This document shows, in pieces, positions 1 to 11,825 of a stretch of 64,000 nucleotides of DNA. The stretch comes from an uncultured Nitrospiraceae bacterium (GTDB lineage Bacteria > Nitrospirota > Thermodesulfovibrionia > Thermodesulfovibrionales > Dissulfurispiraceae), in contig CAVPIW010000006.1 of assembly GCA_963705105.1 (NCBI GenBank), positions 1,024,001 through 1,088,000 of the forward strand, written 5' to 3'. Position 1 is the stretch's first letter. Each line of letters begins with the position of its first letter. The notes beneath the pieces were generated by a model. It ran no database searches. It was given only the letters and a program-made list of their open reading frames with translations, and was not told the origin of the DNA. A program made the position numbers and the translations under genes.

Positions 1-882
1 ATAGAGCTCCTCGACCTGGATCAGCCCCTTATGCGGAACATGCTCATCACCACCCCCGGCACGTACCACCACAGCGTCATCGTCGGCAACCTTGCCGAGG
101 CCGCCGCCGAGGCCGTCGGGGCCAATCCCCTCCTGGCCCGCGTGAGCGCCTATTATCACGACATCGGAAAGATGAAGATGCCCGAGTATTTCGTCGAAAA
201 CCAGACGAACAACGTGAACAGGCATGACAAACTCCTCCCCCACATGAGCAGCATGATCCTCACCGCCCATGTCAAGGAAGGGCTCGAACTGGCGAGGCAG
301 TATAAACTCCCCCAGACGGTGACCGACATCATCCAGCAGCACCACGGCACAAGCGTGATCACCTACTTCTATCAGAAGGCCGTCGATCAGAGCGCCGAGC
401 AGAAACCCCTGAAGGAGGACTACCAATACCCCGGCCCGAAACCGCAGACGCGGGTCGCCGCCCTCGTCATGATGGCCGATGCCGTCGAGGCGGCGTCACG
501 GACCCTGACGGACCCGACGCCGGCGCGCATCGCCGCCCATGTCGAGAAGATCATCAACAACATCTTTCTCGACGGCCAGATCGACGAGTGCGAGCTCACC
601 CTGAAGGACATCTCCGAGATCAAGCGGCGTTTCACCCATACATTGATGGGCATCTTCCACAGGCGGATCGTCTATCCGGAAGTGCAGAGAGGCCATCAGA
701 AGGCCGAAAAGTCGGCGACGGTCGTCGCCATGCCGGTCAAACCGCAGGAAAAGCCGGCACCGCTACCGGCGCCGCCACAGGGAAATGGACATCGTCATCC
801 GGAACAGCCAAAGGCTGATACGCATCCACCCCCCGCGGATCGAGAAGACGCTCAGGAGCGTTCTCAGGCACTTGGCCCGTAG
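1..882 (+). CDS. HD-family (7TM-HD/PgpH-like) phosphohydrolase, C-terminal part; 5' end lies before the window
   Basis: Frame open from base 1; motifs PGTYHHS, YYHDIGK, QHHGTS, YPGPKPQ, MADAVEAA; sits upstream of ybeY-dgkA as usual. Confidence 0.9.
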   Translation: MELLDLDQPLMRNMLITTPGTYHHSVIVGNLAEAAAEAVGANPLLARVSAYYHDIGKMKMPEYFVENQTNNVNRHDKLLPHMSSMILTAHVKEGLELARQYKLPQTVTDIIQQHHGTSVITYFYQKAVDQSAEQKPLKEDYQYPGPKPQTRVAALVMMADAVEAASRTLTDPTPARIAAHVEKIINNIFLDGQIDECELTLKDISEIKRRFTHTLMGIFHRRIVYPEVQRGHQKAEKSATVVAMPVKPQEKPAPLPAPPQGNGHRHPEQPKADTHPPPADREDAQERSQALGP

Positions 883-1333
883 GACCGGGGATTCCCTCGT
901 TATACCGGTCCGTTCATCATCGGGGCGTCGCATGCACATTCCCCTCGACAGCGTCGAGATCGGCATCCTTTTCGTCAATGACCGGCGGATCCGTGAGATG
1001 AACAGGCACTACCGCGGCATCGACAGAGTCACCGATGTGTTGTCCTTCTCTCAGCTGGAAGAGATGGCAGAGTCGCCGGGACAGGGGCGCATGCTCGGCG
1101 TCTCGGGGATGACGGACGTCCCGGTCCCCTTCGGCGATATCATCATCGGCCTGCACCAGGCACGGAGGCAGGCGAAGGAATACGGACTGACCCTTTCCGT
1201 CGAAATCTCCCGGCTCCTCGTTCACGGCCTGCTCCACCTCATCGGCTACGATCACGAGAAGGGCGGGCCACAGGCACGTACGATGCGGGCGAAGGAGCGT
1301 GAACTCCTCGGCGTCCTCGGCATCACCCTCTGA
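785..1333 (+). CDS. ybeY: rRNA maturation endoribonuclease YbeY
   Basis: MNRHYRGIDRVTDVLSF and HGLLHLIGYDH motifs. Confidence 0.95.
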   Translation: MDIVIRNSQRLIRIHPPRIEKTLRSVLRHLARRTGDSLVIPVRSSSGRRMHIPLDSVEIGILFVNDRRIREMNRHYRGIDRVTDVLSFSQLEEMAESPGQGRMLGVSGMTDVPVPFGDIIIGLHQARRQAKEYGLTLSVEISRLLVHGLLHLIGYDHEKGGPQARTMRAKERELLGVLGITL

Positions 1334-1336
1334 GCC

Positions 1337-2038
1337 ATGCCGCTCAGGAGGTGGGTCGACAGCGCGAACAACGCCATCGAGGGCATCCTTTACGCCGCCC
1401 GGACGCAGCCCCATGTCCGGTACCATCTCTATTCCGCGGCGATCATTTTGCTCATCAGCTACGTCCTCGGGATCGAACGCACCGACTTCCTTGTCATCAC
1501 CGTCGCCGTCATCCTCGTGCTCCTCGCGGAAATGATGAACACGGCCGTGGAATACGTCGTCGACATGATCTCACCGGAATTCAGCGAGGAGGCCCGCATC
1601 GCCAAGGATGTCGCGGCGGGAGCGGTACTTATCACCGCCTTCGGCGCCGTCGTCCTTGGCTACATCATCCTGTTTCCGTATTTCAGTACGATCTTCGAGC
1701 GGGGCCTGTCCGTCGCCCACCATTCCCGGGAGGAGATGATGCTCATCTCCGTCGTCATCGTCCTCATCGTCGTGATCATGATGAAGTCCTATTTCGGCAC
1801 GGGCCATCCGCTTCGGGGCGGCATGCCGAGCGGCCACGCCGCCATCGCCTTCTCCGTCTGGACGGCCGTCACGATCATCTCCCGGAGCTTCAGCGCCTCC
1901 CTCGCCTGCTTCATCCTGTCGATGCTCATCGCCCAGAGCAGGATCGCCGTGAAGGCCCACAGGCCTATTGAGGTGATCGCCGGCGCCCTCCTCGGGGCCT
2001 TTACAACAGGGCTGCTTTTCGCGATCTTTTACCTGTGA
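1337..2038 (+). CDS. dgkA: Diacylglycerol/undecaprenol kinase fused to a PAP2 domain
   Basis: EMMNTAVEYVVD...AKDVAAGAV (DgkA) followed by GMPSGHAA...SRI...H (PAP2). Confidence 0.85.
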   Translation: MPLRRWVDSANNAIEGILYAARTQPHVRYHLYSAAIILLISYVLGIERTDFLVITVAVILVLLAEMMNTAVEYVVDMISPEFSEEARIAKDVAAGAVLITAFGAVVLGYIILFPYFSTIFERGLSVAHHSREEMMLISVVIVLIVVIMMKSYFGTGHPLRGGMPSGHAAIAFSVWTAVTIISRSFSASLACFILSMLIAQSRIAVKAHRPIEVIAGALLGAFTTGLLFAIFYL

Positions 2039-2219
2039 AGGTCGTTTTCGTTGGGGTCAGACTTGCGTATTGCTTTTGCTGGGTATGGTTTAGGGGAGTA
2101 ACTCGGGAGGGAGGCAACGACGAATGAGTGAAGGTCGTTTTCGTTGGGGTCAGACTTGCGTATTGCTTTTGCTGGGTATGGTTTAGGGGAGTAACTCGGG
2201 AGGGAGGCAACGACGAATG
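2035..2219. repeat. Exact tandem duplication, 92 bp x2 (period 93)
   Basis: 2035-2126 is identical to 2128-2219. Confidence 0.95.
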
Positions 2220-2238
2220 TATCAACAGCGAGAACCGG

Positions 2239-2508
2239 TCATGTGGAAAATCTCCGGATAGCGCGTGCTCGCGCCTTGGCAGCCTCATCTGCACGGTTCC
2301 TCGGTGGCGCGTTCGTCTCAAGGGAGTCCAGGAGGGTTCTGGAAACTGCCGCCACCTCGTCAGCAGCCGCAAGGAAGGCAGCTTCGTTCGCTTTCGACGG
2401 CTTGTTGAAACCGCTCACTTTTCTGACGAATTGCAATGAGGCTGCACGGATCTCTTCGTCTGTAACAGGCGGCTCAAAGTTGAAGAGTGTCCTGATATTC
2501 TTACACAT
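2239..2508 (-). CDS. DUF2277 family protein
   Basis: MCKNIRTLFNFEPP...EEIRAASLQFVRKVSG signature. Confidence 0.85.
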   Translation of the reverse strand: MCKNIRTLFNFEPPVTDEEIRAASLQFVRKVSGFNKPSKANEAAFLAAADEVAAVSRTLLDSLETNAPPRNRADEAAKARARAIRRFST

Positions 2509-2544
2509 GAACGTTACCGTGACGCGTCAGATCACCTGACTTAC

Positions 2545-2746
2545 CCTTTCTGTTGCATGAAAAAAGGCGGGGCGAAGCACTCTGAAAACAGTGTCAGTGT
2601 CAGTGTGAGTGTCAGTGTCGGAAAAGATGTCCAGTTCTCCTGACATCGGCTTATGCCTCGCCTTCCGTAACGATACAGGTGTCGCCGCAGCAAGGCTTTC
2701 GGCGCATACACCCCGCCTTTTCGGAGACCCAATTGCAACAATAAGG
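2545..2746 (+). mobile_element. MITE copy (TIR ~CCTTATCGTTGCA), TSD TTAC
   Basis: cctttctgttgca...tgcaacaataagg flanked by ttac on both sides; internal AAAGGCGGGGCG/CCCCGCCTTT inverted repeat. Confidence 0.85.
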
Positions 2747-3106
2747 TTACTTTCCTGTTTTGGCCTGCCAGAGTCCGAAAGTCGCGCCCGTCGGATCCGT
2801 AATCACGCTGAACCACCCCATATCCGGGACCTCGGTAACGTCCTTGCAGATCGTCGCGCCCAGAGCCTGAGCCTTCCTTGTCGAGGCAGCGATGTCATCA
2901 ACGAGAACATAGGGAAACCAATTATCAGGTATTTCAGGCATGGGCTTCGTCATCATCCCTCCGCCTGTCCCCTCTCCAACGTTGATTATTGTGTAGTCCA
3001 TACCGGGGATTTGTTCCAGCTTCCAGTCGAACAAGCTGGTGTAGAACTGCCTGGATTTGCCGGTGTCTTGAGTCTGCAATTCGATGTGAACAAAAGGATT
3101 CCCCAT
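2747..3106 (-). CDS. VOC (glyoxalase/bleomycin-resistance) family protein
   Basis: FVHIEL...FYTSLFDW...GGGMM...DPTGATFGLWQ. Confidence 0.9.
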   Translation of the reverse strand: MGNPFVHIELQTQDTGKSRQFYTSLFDWKLEQIPGMDYTIINVGEGTGGGMMTKPMPEIPDNWFPYVLVDDIAASTRKAQALGATICKDVTEVPDMGWFSVITDPTGATFGLWQAKTGK

Positions 3107-3239
3107 GGTGCACCTCCCGCAGGTTACTCATATACTTAAGCCTATTTCACAAAATGTCTTCCGTCAAGTGGCCGGACCCTTGCACCCATTTCACAGGGCG
3201 CGGAACGCCGGATGGAACAGGTGTGAGGAATCCTTCTCC

Positions 3240-6440
<3,201 letters not shown>

Positions 6441-6562
6441 GGCTCCGTCCTTCCTTTACGTGAATGTATGTTTTCGAAAATAAGTGCTGCTGAACAATGC
6501 AGGCGCATAAAACCCGTGAATCGCCATGCGCAAACCGGGATTAACGGGATAAACCGGATAGA

Positions 6563-6592
6563 AGTATATATGAGGCGATCACGGACGGTCAA
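6563..6592 (-). promoter_or_regulatory. Putative sigma70 promoter of carB
   Basis: TTGACC-18 nt-TATACT on minus strand. Confidence 0.55.
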
Positions 6593-6686
6593 GAAACGGA
6601 TTCAGTATTTATGAATCCTGCCGCCGGCGTAGAGGCAGCATCTTACAGGGACATTGCACCTTATCACTTGCGGGAATGACGGTGTA

Positions 6687-6756
6687 CCCTATGGTTGCAT
6701 GAAAAGGCGGGGCGAAGCGCCTCAAAGCCTTGCTGAAGGCGTATGCAACAATGAGG
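6687..6756 (+). mobile_element. Minimal 70-bp MITE copy, TSD TGTA
   Basis: ccctatggttgca...tgcaacaatgagg flanked by tgta/tgta. Confidence 0.8.
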
Positions 6757-6793
6757 TGTATTTGCATTGCTGAAGGTATTATTGAGATGGGTT

Positions 6794-6976
6794 CTAAATT
6801 CTTCCTTCACGAAGTCCTTCCATGACTTCTTTGTCTCTTGCAGTCAGAAAAAGCCGATTGAACTGATTCACTTCTTCCAGCCACGTCAGCTTGTCCTCAA
6901 CGGAAAGGGCCATATATTCAATAATCTTTTCGTCTTCAAGGGTATAAATGAGTCCTTTATCCATTGTTTTCCTCAA
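6794..6976 (-). CDS. Small hypothetical protein, partner of the nucleotidyltransferase
   Basis: 60 aa, overlaps 3' end of upstream gene, AT-rich. Confidence 0.65.
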   Translation of the reverse strand: MRKTMDKGLIYTLEDEKIIEYMALSVEDKLTWLEEVNQFNRLFLTARDKEVMEGLREGRI

Positions 6977-7460
6977 GGTATTTCCTTACCTTTTCGAGCA
7001 TCGCAATATCGCTGAGGTCCTGACCACGCCCGCTGGCAGCCTTCATGGTTATCAGGTCATCAATAGATACGAGGTTGATGTCTATCCCCCCTGCTGATTT
7101 GACTGTCTTATGGCTAAAGGCCTTATTAAAATCAAGCGGGTGGACAAGAATTATATCCAGAACCTTATAATTCTCTTTCTTATGATAGAAGCTGAAGGCC
7201 TTGAGATTTCTTTCTTCTGTCCACTGTTTTACTGTTTCAGAATCAGCCATTTCATCCGGATTCACCGGCAGCCTCGGCACATACCCCAGTTCTTTCAGGA
7301 TGCCGTTCATCCTGAGAATGTTTTCTGTTTCGATGGCGATGACAATATCGAGGTCCTGCGTAACCCTCGGCACGCCATAAAGATTCACAGCTAACCCGCC
7401 AACGATCAGGTAGCGTATGTTGTTCTTATAGAACTGTTCAAGAAGGTCAAAATAAAACAT
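6957..7460 (-). CDS. Nucleotidyltransferase (DUF6036-like)
   Basis: YLIVGGLAVNLYG..R.TQDLD and K..SGR.QDL.D motifs; ATG at 7460 (TTG at 7466 is an alternative). Confidence 0.8.
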   Translation of the reverse strand: MFYFDLLEQFYKNNIRYLIVGGLAVNLYGVPRVTQDLDIVIAIETENILRMNGILKELGYVPRLPVNPDEMADSETVKQWTEERNLKAFSFYHKKENYKVLDIILVHPLDFNKAFSHKTVKSAGGIDINLVSIDDLITMKAASGRGQDLSDIAMLEKVRKYLEENNG

Positions 7461-7528
7461 GGTCAATGATCTCGCCGCAAGTTGTATGTTATACCATATT
7501 ACCGGGATTAATGCCTGCCCTCAGTCAA

Positions 7529-7603
7529 CCTTATCGTTGCAACACACTCCCGGGAAAGGCCGGGCGAAGCGCCGAAAATCTTGCTGCGGCGACACCTGTA
7601 TCG
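7529..7603 (-). mobile_element. MITE right-end fragment
   Basis: ccttatcgttgcaacacactcccgggaaaggc...gcggcgacacctgtatcg. Confidence 0.75.
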
Positions 7604-7727
7604 AAACACCACGCTGACCGTGGCGGGGCGATAAAAGAGATGACGGAAAAGGACTGTAATTCTCGTGCCCGCCCCCCCATGGAGGGCTTCATGGAGCTCC
7701 CCGGGACGGGCGATGAGGACGGGCTTG

Positions 7728-9032
7728 TCAGACTGCATGTCTGGAGAGGAACTCATCGACCAGACCGGAGAGGTCGACGTCGAAATCGTAGGACACCCGG
7801 ACGACGGGTTTGTCGATCTTCACCAGGCGCCGTAGGTCCACGGGCGTGGCGACGACGACCACATCGGCGGGAGAGTTCCGTATCGTCTGCTCCAGCTCGC
7901 CGATCTGCCCCCGGGAATATCCCATGGCCGGGAGCACAGGGCCGATGTGCGGATAGTCGTGGTAGATCTGTTTCAGCGAACCGGCTGCATATTCCCTCGG
8001 ATCGACCACACCGGCGACAAGGGACCGGGCGGCCGCATATCCCGCGCCGAAGGGCATGCCACCGTGTGTTATCGTCGGGCCGTCCTCGACGATGAGCGCC
8101 CTTTTCCCACGCACCGCGTCCTCGTCGCTCAGGGAGAGCGCTGTCGGCGCCTCGATGACGGCGGCGCGGGGATTGATCTCTGACACTGTATGCTTCATCG
8201 CCGCAACGGTTTCAGACGTTGCCTCGTTCACCTTTGCCAGGACAAGCACATGGGCGCGCCTCAGATTGACCTCGCCGGGGAAGTAGAGGGTCTCCTGGCC
8301 GGGCCTGAGGGCGTCGATAAGGACGATCTCAAGGTCCGGAACGATGAAGGGGAAATCGTTGTTCCCGCCGTCCCAGATGATCACGCTGCTCTCCTGTTCA
8401 GCCCTGCCGAGCACGTGGCGATAGTCGATCCCGGCAAAGACGGTGATCCCCTTTTCGACGAGGGGCTCGAACTCCTCCCTCTCCTCGATGGTGCATCCCC
8501 CGCGGTCGATGTCGCCGAGAGAACCGAAGCGGTGCCCGGGGATGAAATCGCAGTATGCCATGGGATGACGGATGACCGAGACGGCGGTCCCCCTTTTCAT
8601 GAGCAGGAGAGCCAGTTTTCGCGTCATGATCGACTTGCCGCAGCCCGTCCGGACGGCGCAGACGGAGATGACGGGCAGGCGACTCTTCAGCATCGTCCTG
8701 TCCGGGCCGTGGAGCACGAAGCCGGCCCCCTGGGCGAGGCAGCGTGAGGCCCGGTGCATGACGTGCTCGTGGGTGACGTCGCTGTAAGCGAAATTCACCT
8801 CCGCGACGGAACGGTCCTCAATGATTTGATCGATCATCTCTTCCGGTATGATCGGGATGCCGTCAGGATACAGCGGCCCCGCCAGTCCCGGCGGATAGGT
8901 CCGGTGAGCGATGTAGGGGATCTGGGAGGCCGTGAAGGCGACGACCTCACAGGACGGGTCGTCGCGGTAGACCATGTTGAAGTTGTGAAAATCCCTGCCG
9001 CCCGCCCCCATGATGACGACACGCTTCCTCAC
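7728..9032 (-). CDS. COG2403 P-loop enzyme (cyclic-2,3-DPG-synthetase-like / arginine synthetase ArcE-like)
   Basis: GAGGRDFHNFN, AVRTGCGKS, EEREEFEP, WDGGNND, EDGPTITHGGM motifs. Confidence 0.85.
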   Translation of the reverse strand: MRKRVVIMGAGGRDFHNFNMVYRDDPSCEVVAFTASQIPYIAHRTYPPGLAGPLYPDGIPIIPEEMIDQIIEDRSVAEVNFAYSDVTHEHVMHRASRCLAQGAGFVLHGPDRTMLKSRLPVISVCAVRTGCGKSIMTRKLALLLMKRGTAVSVIRHPMAYCDFIPGHRFGSLGDIDRGGCTIEEREEFEPLVEKGITVFAGIDYRHVLGRAEQESSVIIWDGGNNDFPFIVPDLEIVLIDALRPGQETLYFPGEVNLRRAHVLVLAKVNEATSETVAAMKHTVSEINPRAAVIEAPTALSLSDEDAVRGKRALIVEDGPTITHGGMPFGAGYAAARSLVAGVVDPREYAAGSLKQIYHDYPHIGPVLPAMGYSRGQIGELEQTIRNSPADVVVVATPVDLRRLVKIDKPVVRVSYDFDVDLSGLVDEFLSRHAV

Positions 9033-9036
9033 AGGA

Positions 9037-10324
9037 TCACTCGTCTTCCGTCACTCTCACCGCCTCGTCCAGGATGGCCAGCCCTCTCGTCATCTCCTCT
9101 TTCGTGATGATGAGGGGCGGGGCGAGGCGGATGATGTTCTTGTCCACGCCGGCATCGAGGAGCACAAGCCCCCTGTCGAGGCAGAGGTCCATGATCCTCT
9201 TCAGGCGCTGCCTGTCAGCATTCCCGTTGTCATCGACGAATTCGACGCCGATCATGAGCCCCAGGCCCCGCACGTCGCCGATGCACCGGTGCCTCTCCTG
9301 CATCTCCCTGAGGAAATCCATGGCATGGCCCCCTATGACCGCAGCGTTTTCGAGGAGCCGCTCCGACCGGATCACGTCGATGGTTGCGATGGCGGCGGCG
9401 CAGGAGACGGGGTTGCCCCCGAAGGTCGTCCCGTGGGCCCCGGGAGGCCATGCTCCCATGAGATCTCTCGTCGATATGACGGCGCCCAGAGGCATGCCCG
9501 ACGCGATCCCCTTTGCCAAGGTCATGATGTCGGGCCTGACGCCGAAATGCTCCGAGGCGAACCACTTCCCCGTCCTTCCCATGCCGGACTGCACCTCGTC
9601 GAAAACGAGGAGAATCCCATGTTCATCACAGAGTTTTCTCAGCCGGACGAGGAACTCCGCCGGCGGCACGACGTATCCCCCCTCGCCGAGGACGGGCTCG
9701 ATGATCATGCACGCCACCTCTTCAGGGTCGACGACGTGCTTCAGGAGCCTCAGGAGATGAGTGAAGCAGTCGAGGCTGCAGGCGGCGGGGCGCTGCCCGA
9801 AGAAACACCGGTAACAGTAGGGATAGGGAGAGTGATGCACGGACGGGAGAAAAGGCGCGTATGATCTGCGGTAACGGATGTTCGATGTCGTCAGGCTCAC
9901 GGACACCGAAGGTCCTGCCGTGAAAGCACCCCGTAAAGGCGATGATCCCCTGTCGCTTCGTGCTGAACCGTGCCAGTTTGAGAGCTCCCTCGACGGCCTC
10001 GGTGCCCGAATTGCCGAAGAAGAAACAATCGAGCCCCTCCGGGGTGACCGACGCAAGGCTTTCTGCGAGGCGCGCAAGGGGTTCATAATGGAACATGCAG
10101 CCCGAGTGGATGAAGCGGTCCGCCTGCCTCCGGACGGCATCGACGACGGCAGGATGATTGTGACCCGTATTCGTCGTGGCGAGGCCGGAGGTGAAATCCA
10201 TGTACCGCCTGCCCTTTTCGTCTTCGACGTAGAGCCCTTCCGCTTTCGTGACGACGACAGGCGTATGGATCACGAGGGCCGTCGTCAGGAGTTTCCCTGC
10301 CCGTGAAGGTATGCTCTCATCCAT
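9037..10324 (-). pseudogene. Class-III PLP aminotransferase (GABA/ornithine type) with a +1 frameshift at about 9903
   Basis: N-half (DFTSG, GHNHP, NSGTEAVE, FHGRTFG) and C-half (EPVLGEGG, FDEVQSGMGRTG, LAKG, HGTTFGGNP) are in different frames. Confidence 0.85.
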
Positions 10325-10337
10325 AGACACCCCGCCG

Positions 10338-11825
10338 TCAGTCGATCTGGGCCTTCTGGAGCCGGCCACTGTAATCCCTGTAGATCACCTTCCAGTGCGT
10401 GTAGAAGTCGAGTGCCCCTCCCCTGCCGCCGGCCTCACGATAGCCGTACCCGCTCCGCTTGACGCCGCCGAAGGGAAGCTGGATCTCCGCGCCAATGGTA
10501 GAGGCGTTGACATAGACGATGCCCGTGTCGAGTTCCCGCTCCGCCATGGCGGTCCTGTTGACGTCACGGGAATAGATGGCCGCGACGAGCCCGTACCCCG
10601 TGCCGTTGACAATCTCGATGGCGTCCTCAAGACTTGAGGCCTTTATGACGCAGACGACGGGGCCGAAGATCTCCTCCCTGGCGATCGTCATATGCGGCTC
10701 CACTCCTGCAAAAATGGTCGGCTCGATGAAGAAGCCCCGGGCGCATTCTCCGGTCAGGCAGCGTGCGCCACCGGTGACGAGGATGGCGCCCTCGCCTTTG
10801 CCGGTCCCGATGTAGGAGAGGACCCTTTCCATCTGCTGTTCGTTGATCAGGGGACCCACGTCCGTCTCTTTCAGAAGTCCGTTGCCGATCTTCAGTCTCC
10901 GCGCCGCCGCCGCGAACATACCGAGGAACCTGTCATGGACCGCTTCGTGCACGACGACACGGCTGGCTGCGGTGCAGCGCTGCCCGGCCGTCCCGAATCC
11001 TCCCCAGAGGGCGCCCTCGACGGCAAGGCCCAGGTCGGCGTCATCCATGACGATGATGGCGTTCTTTCCGCCCATCTCGCAGGAAACTCTCGTTCCCCGG
11101 GCAGCGCAGAGGCCGGCCAGGCGGGTGCCGACGGCCGACGAGCCCGTAAAGGAAAGGGCGTCGATGCCCGGATGGGAGGCGAGGTAGTCTCCTGTCTCCT
11201 CGCCCCTGCCGTGCACGAGGTTGAGCACACCGTCGGGGAGTCCCGCCTCCTGGAGAATCTCGACGAGTCTCGTGGCGCAGGCCGCCGTGAAACTGCTCGG
11301 CTTGAACACAACCGTGTTGCCGCTGACAAGGGCGGGCATGATTTTCCAGGCCGGTATGGCGACGGGAAAATTCCAGGGCGTGATCAGGCCGCAAACGCCG
11401 ACAGGCAGTCGGACGGACTTGCAGTCCTTGTCGGCCAATTCGGACGGGATGGTCTCGCCTGACAATCTCCTCCCCTCTCCGGCCATGTAATAGGCCATGT
11501 CGATCGCTTCCTGCACATCCCCGAGTCCCTCGGCGAGCACCTTGCCCATCTCCTGCGTCTCGAGGGCGCCCAGCTCCTCTTTCCTCTTCACGAGCAATTC
11601 AGCAGCGCGGAAGAGGATCTCTCCCCGCTTCGGCGGGGGCGTGAGACGCCATCGCCCGAAGGAACCCCGCGCGGCGGCGACAGCATCGTCCACATCCCGC
11701 CTGTCCGACTTCGTCATGGTAGCTACCACCAGCGAGGTGTCGGCGGGATTGATGCTCTCAAGGGTCTCTCCCGTGCATCCGTCGACCCATTTCCCGTTGA
11801 TCAGGTTCCTGATGTGCTCGCTCAT
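10338..11825 (-). CDS. Aldehyde dehydrogenase family protein
   Basis: ITPWNFP, FTGS, EMGGKN, GQRCTA, EEIFGP, PFGG motifs. Confidence 0.95.
   Translation of the reverse strand: MSEHIRNLINGKWVDGCTGETLESINPADTSLVVATMTKSDRRDVDDAVAAARGSFGRWRLTPPPKRGEILFRAAELLVKRKEELGALETQEMGKVLAEGLGDVQEAIDMAYYMAGEGRRLSGETIPSELADKDCKSVRLPVGVCGLITPWNFPVAIPAWKIMPALVSGNTVVFKPSSFTAACATRLVEILQEAGLPDGVLNLVHGRGEETGDYLASHPGIDALSFTGSSAVGTRLAGLCAARGTRVSCEMGGKNAIIVMDDADLGLAVEGALWGGFGTAGQRCTAASRVVVHEAVHDRFLGMFAAAARRLKIGNGLLKETDVGPLINEQQMERVLSYIGTGKGEGAILVTGGARCLTGECARGFFIEPTIFAGVEPHMTIAREEIFGPVVCVIKASSLEDAIEIVNGTGYGLVAAIYSRDVNRTAMAERELDTGIVYVNASTIGAEIQLPFGGVKRSGYGYREAGGRGGALDFYTHWKVIYRDYSGRLQKAQID

Noticed and set aside
2035..2219. 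Possible mini CRISPR array
   Set aside because: Two contiguous 92-bp copies with no spacer and no cas genes.
2545..2746. MITE copies as attC sites
   Set aside because: End polarity is GTTGCA...TGCAAC, opposite to RYYYAAC...GTTRRRY, and the copies have TSDs.
2541..2816. Short ORFs through MITEs (also 13034-13258, 27966-28154, 46878-47105, 61181-61447) and N-terminal extensions of lysS, the lhgO-like gene and the SBP gene
   Set aside because: They translate repeat DNA (TLTLTL/SVSVSV runs); better starts exist downstream.
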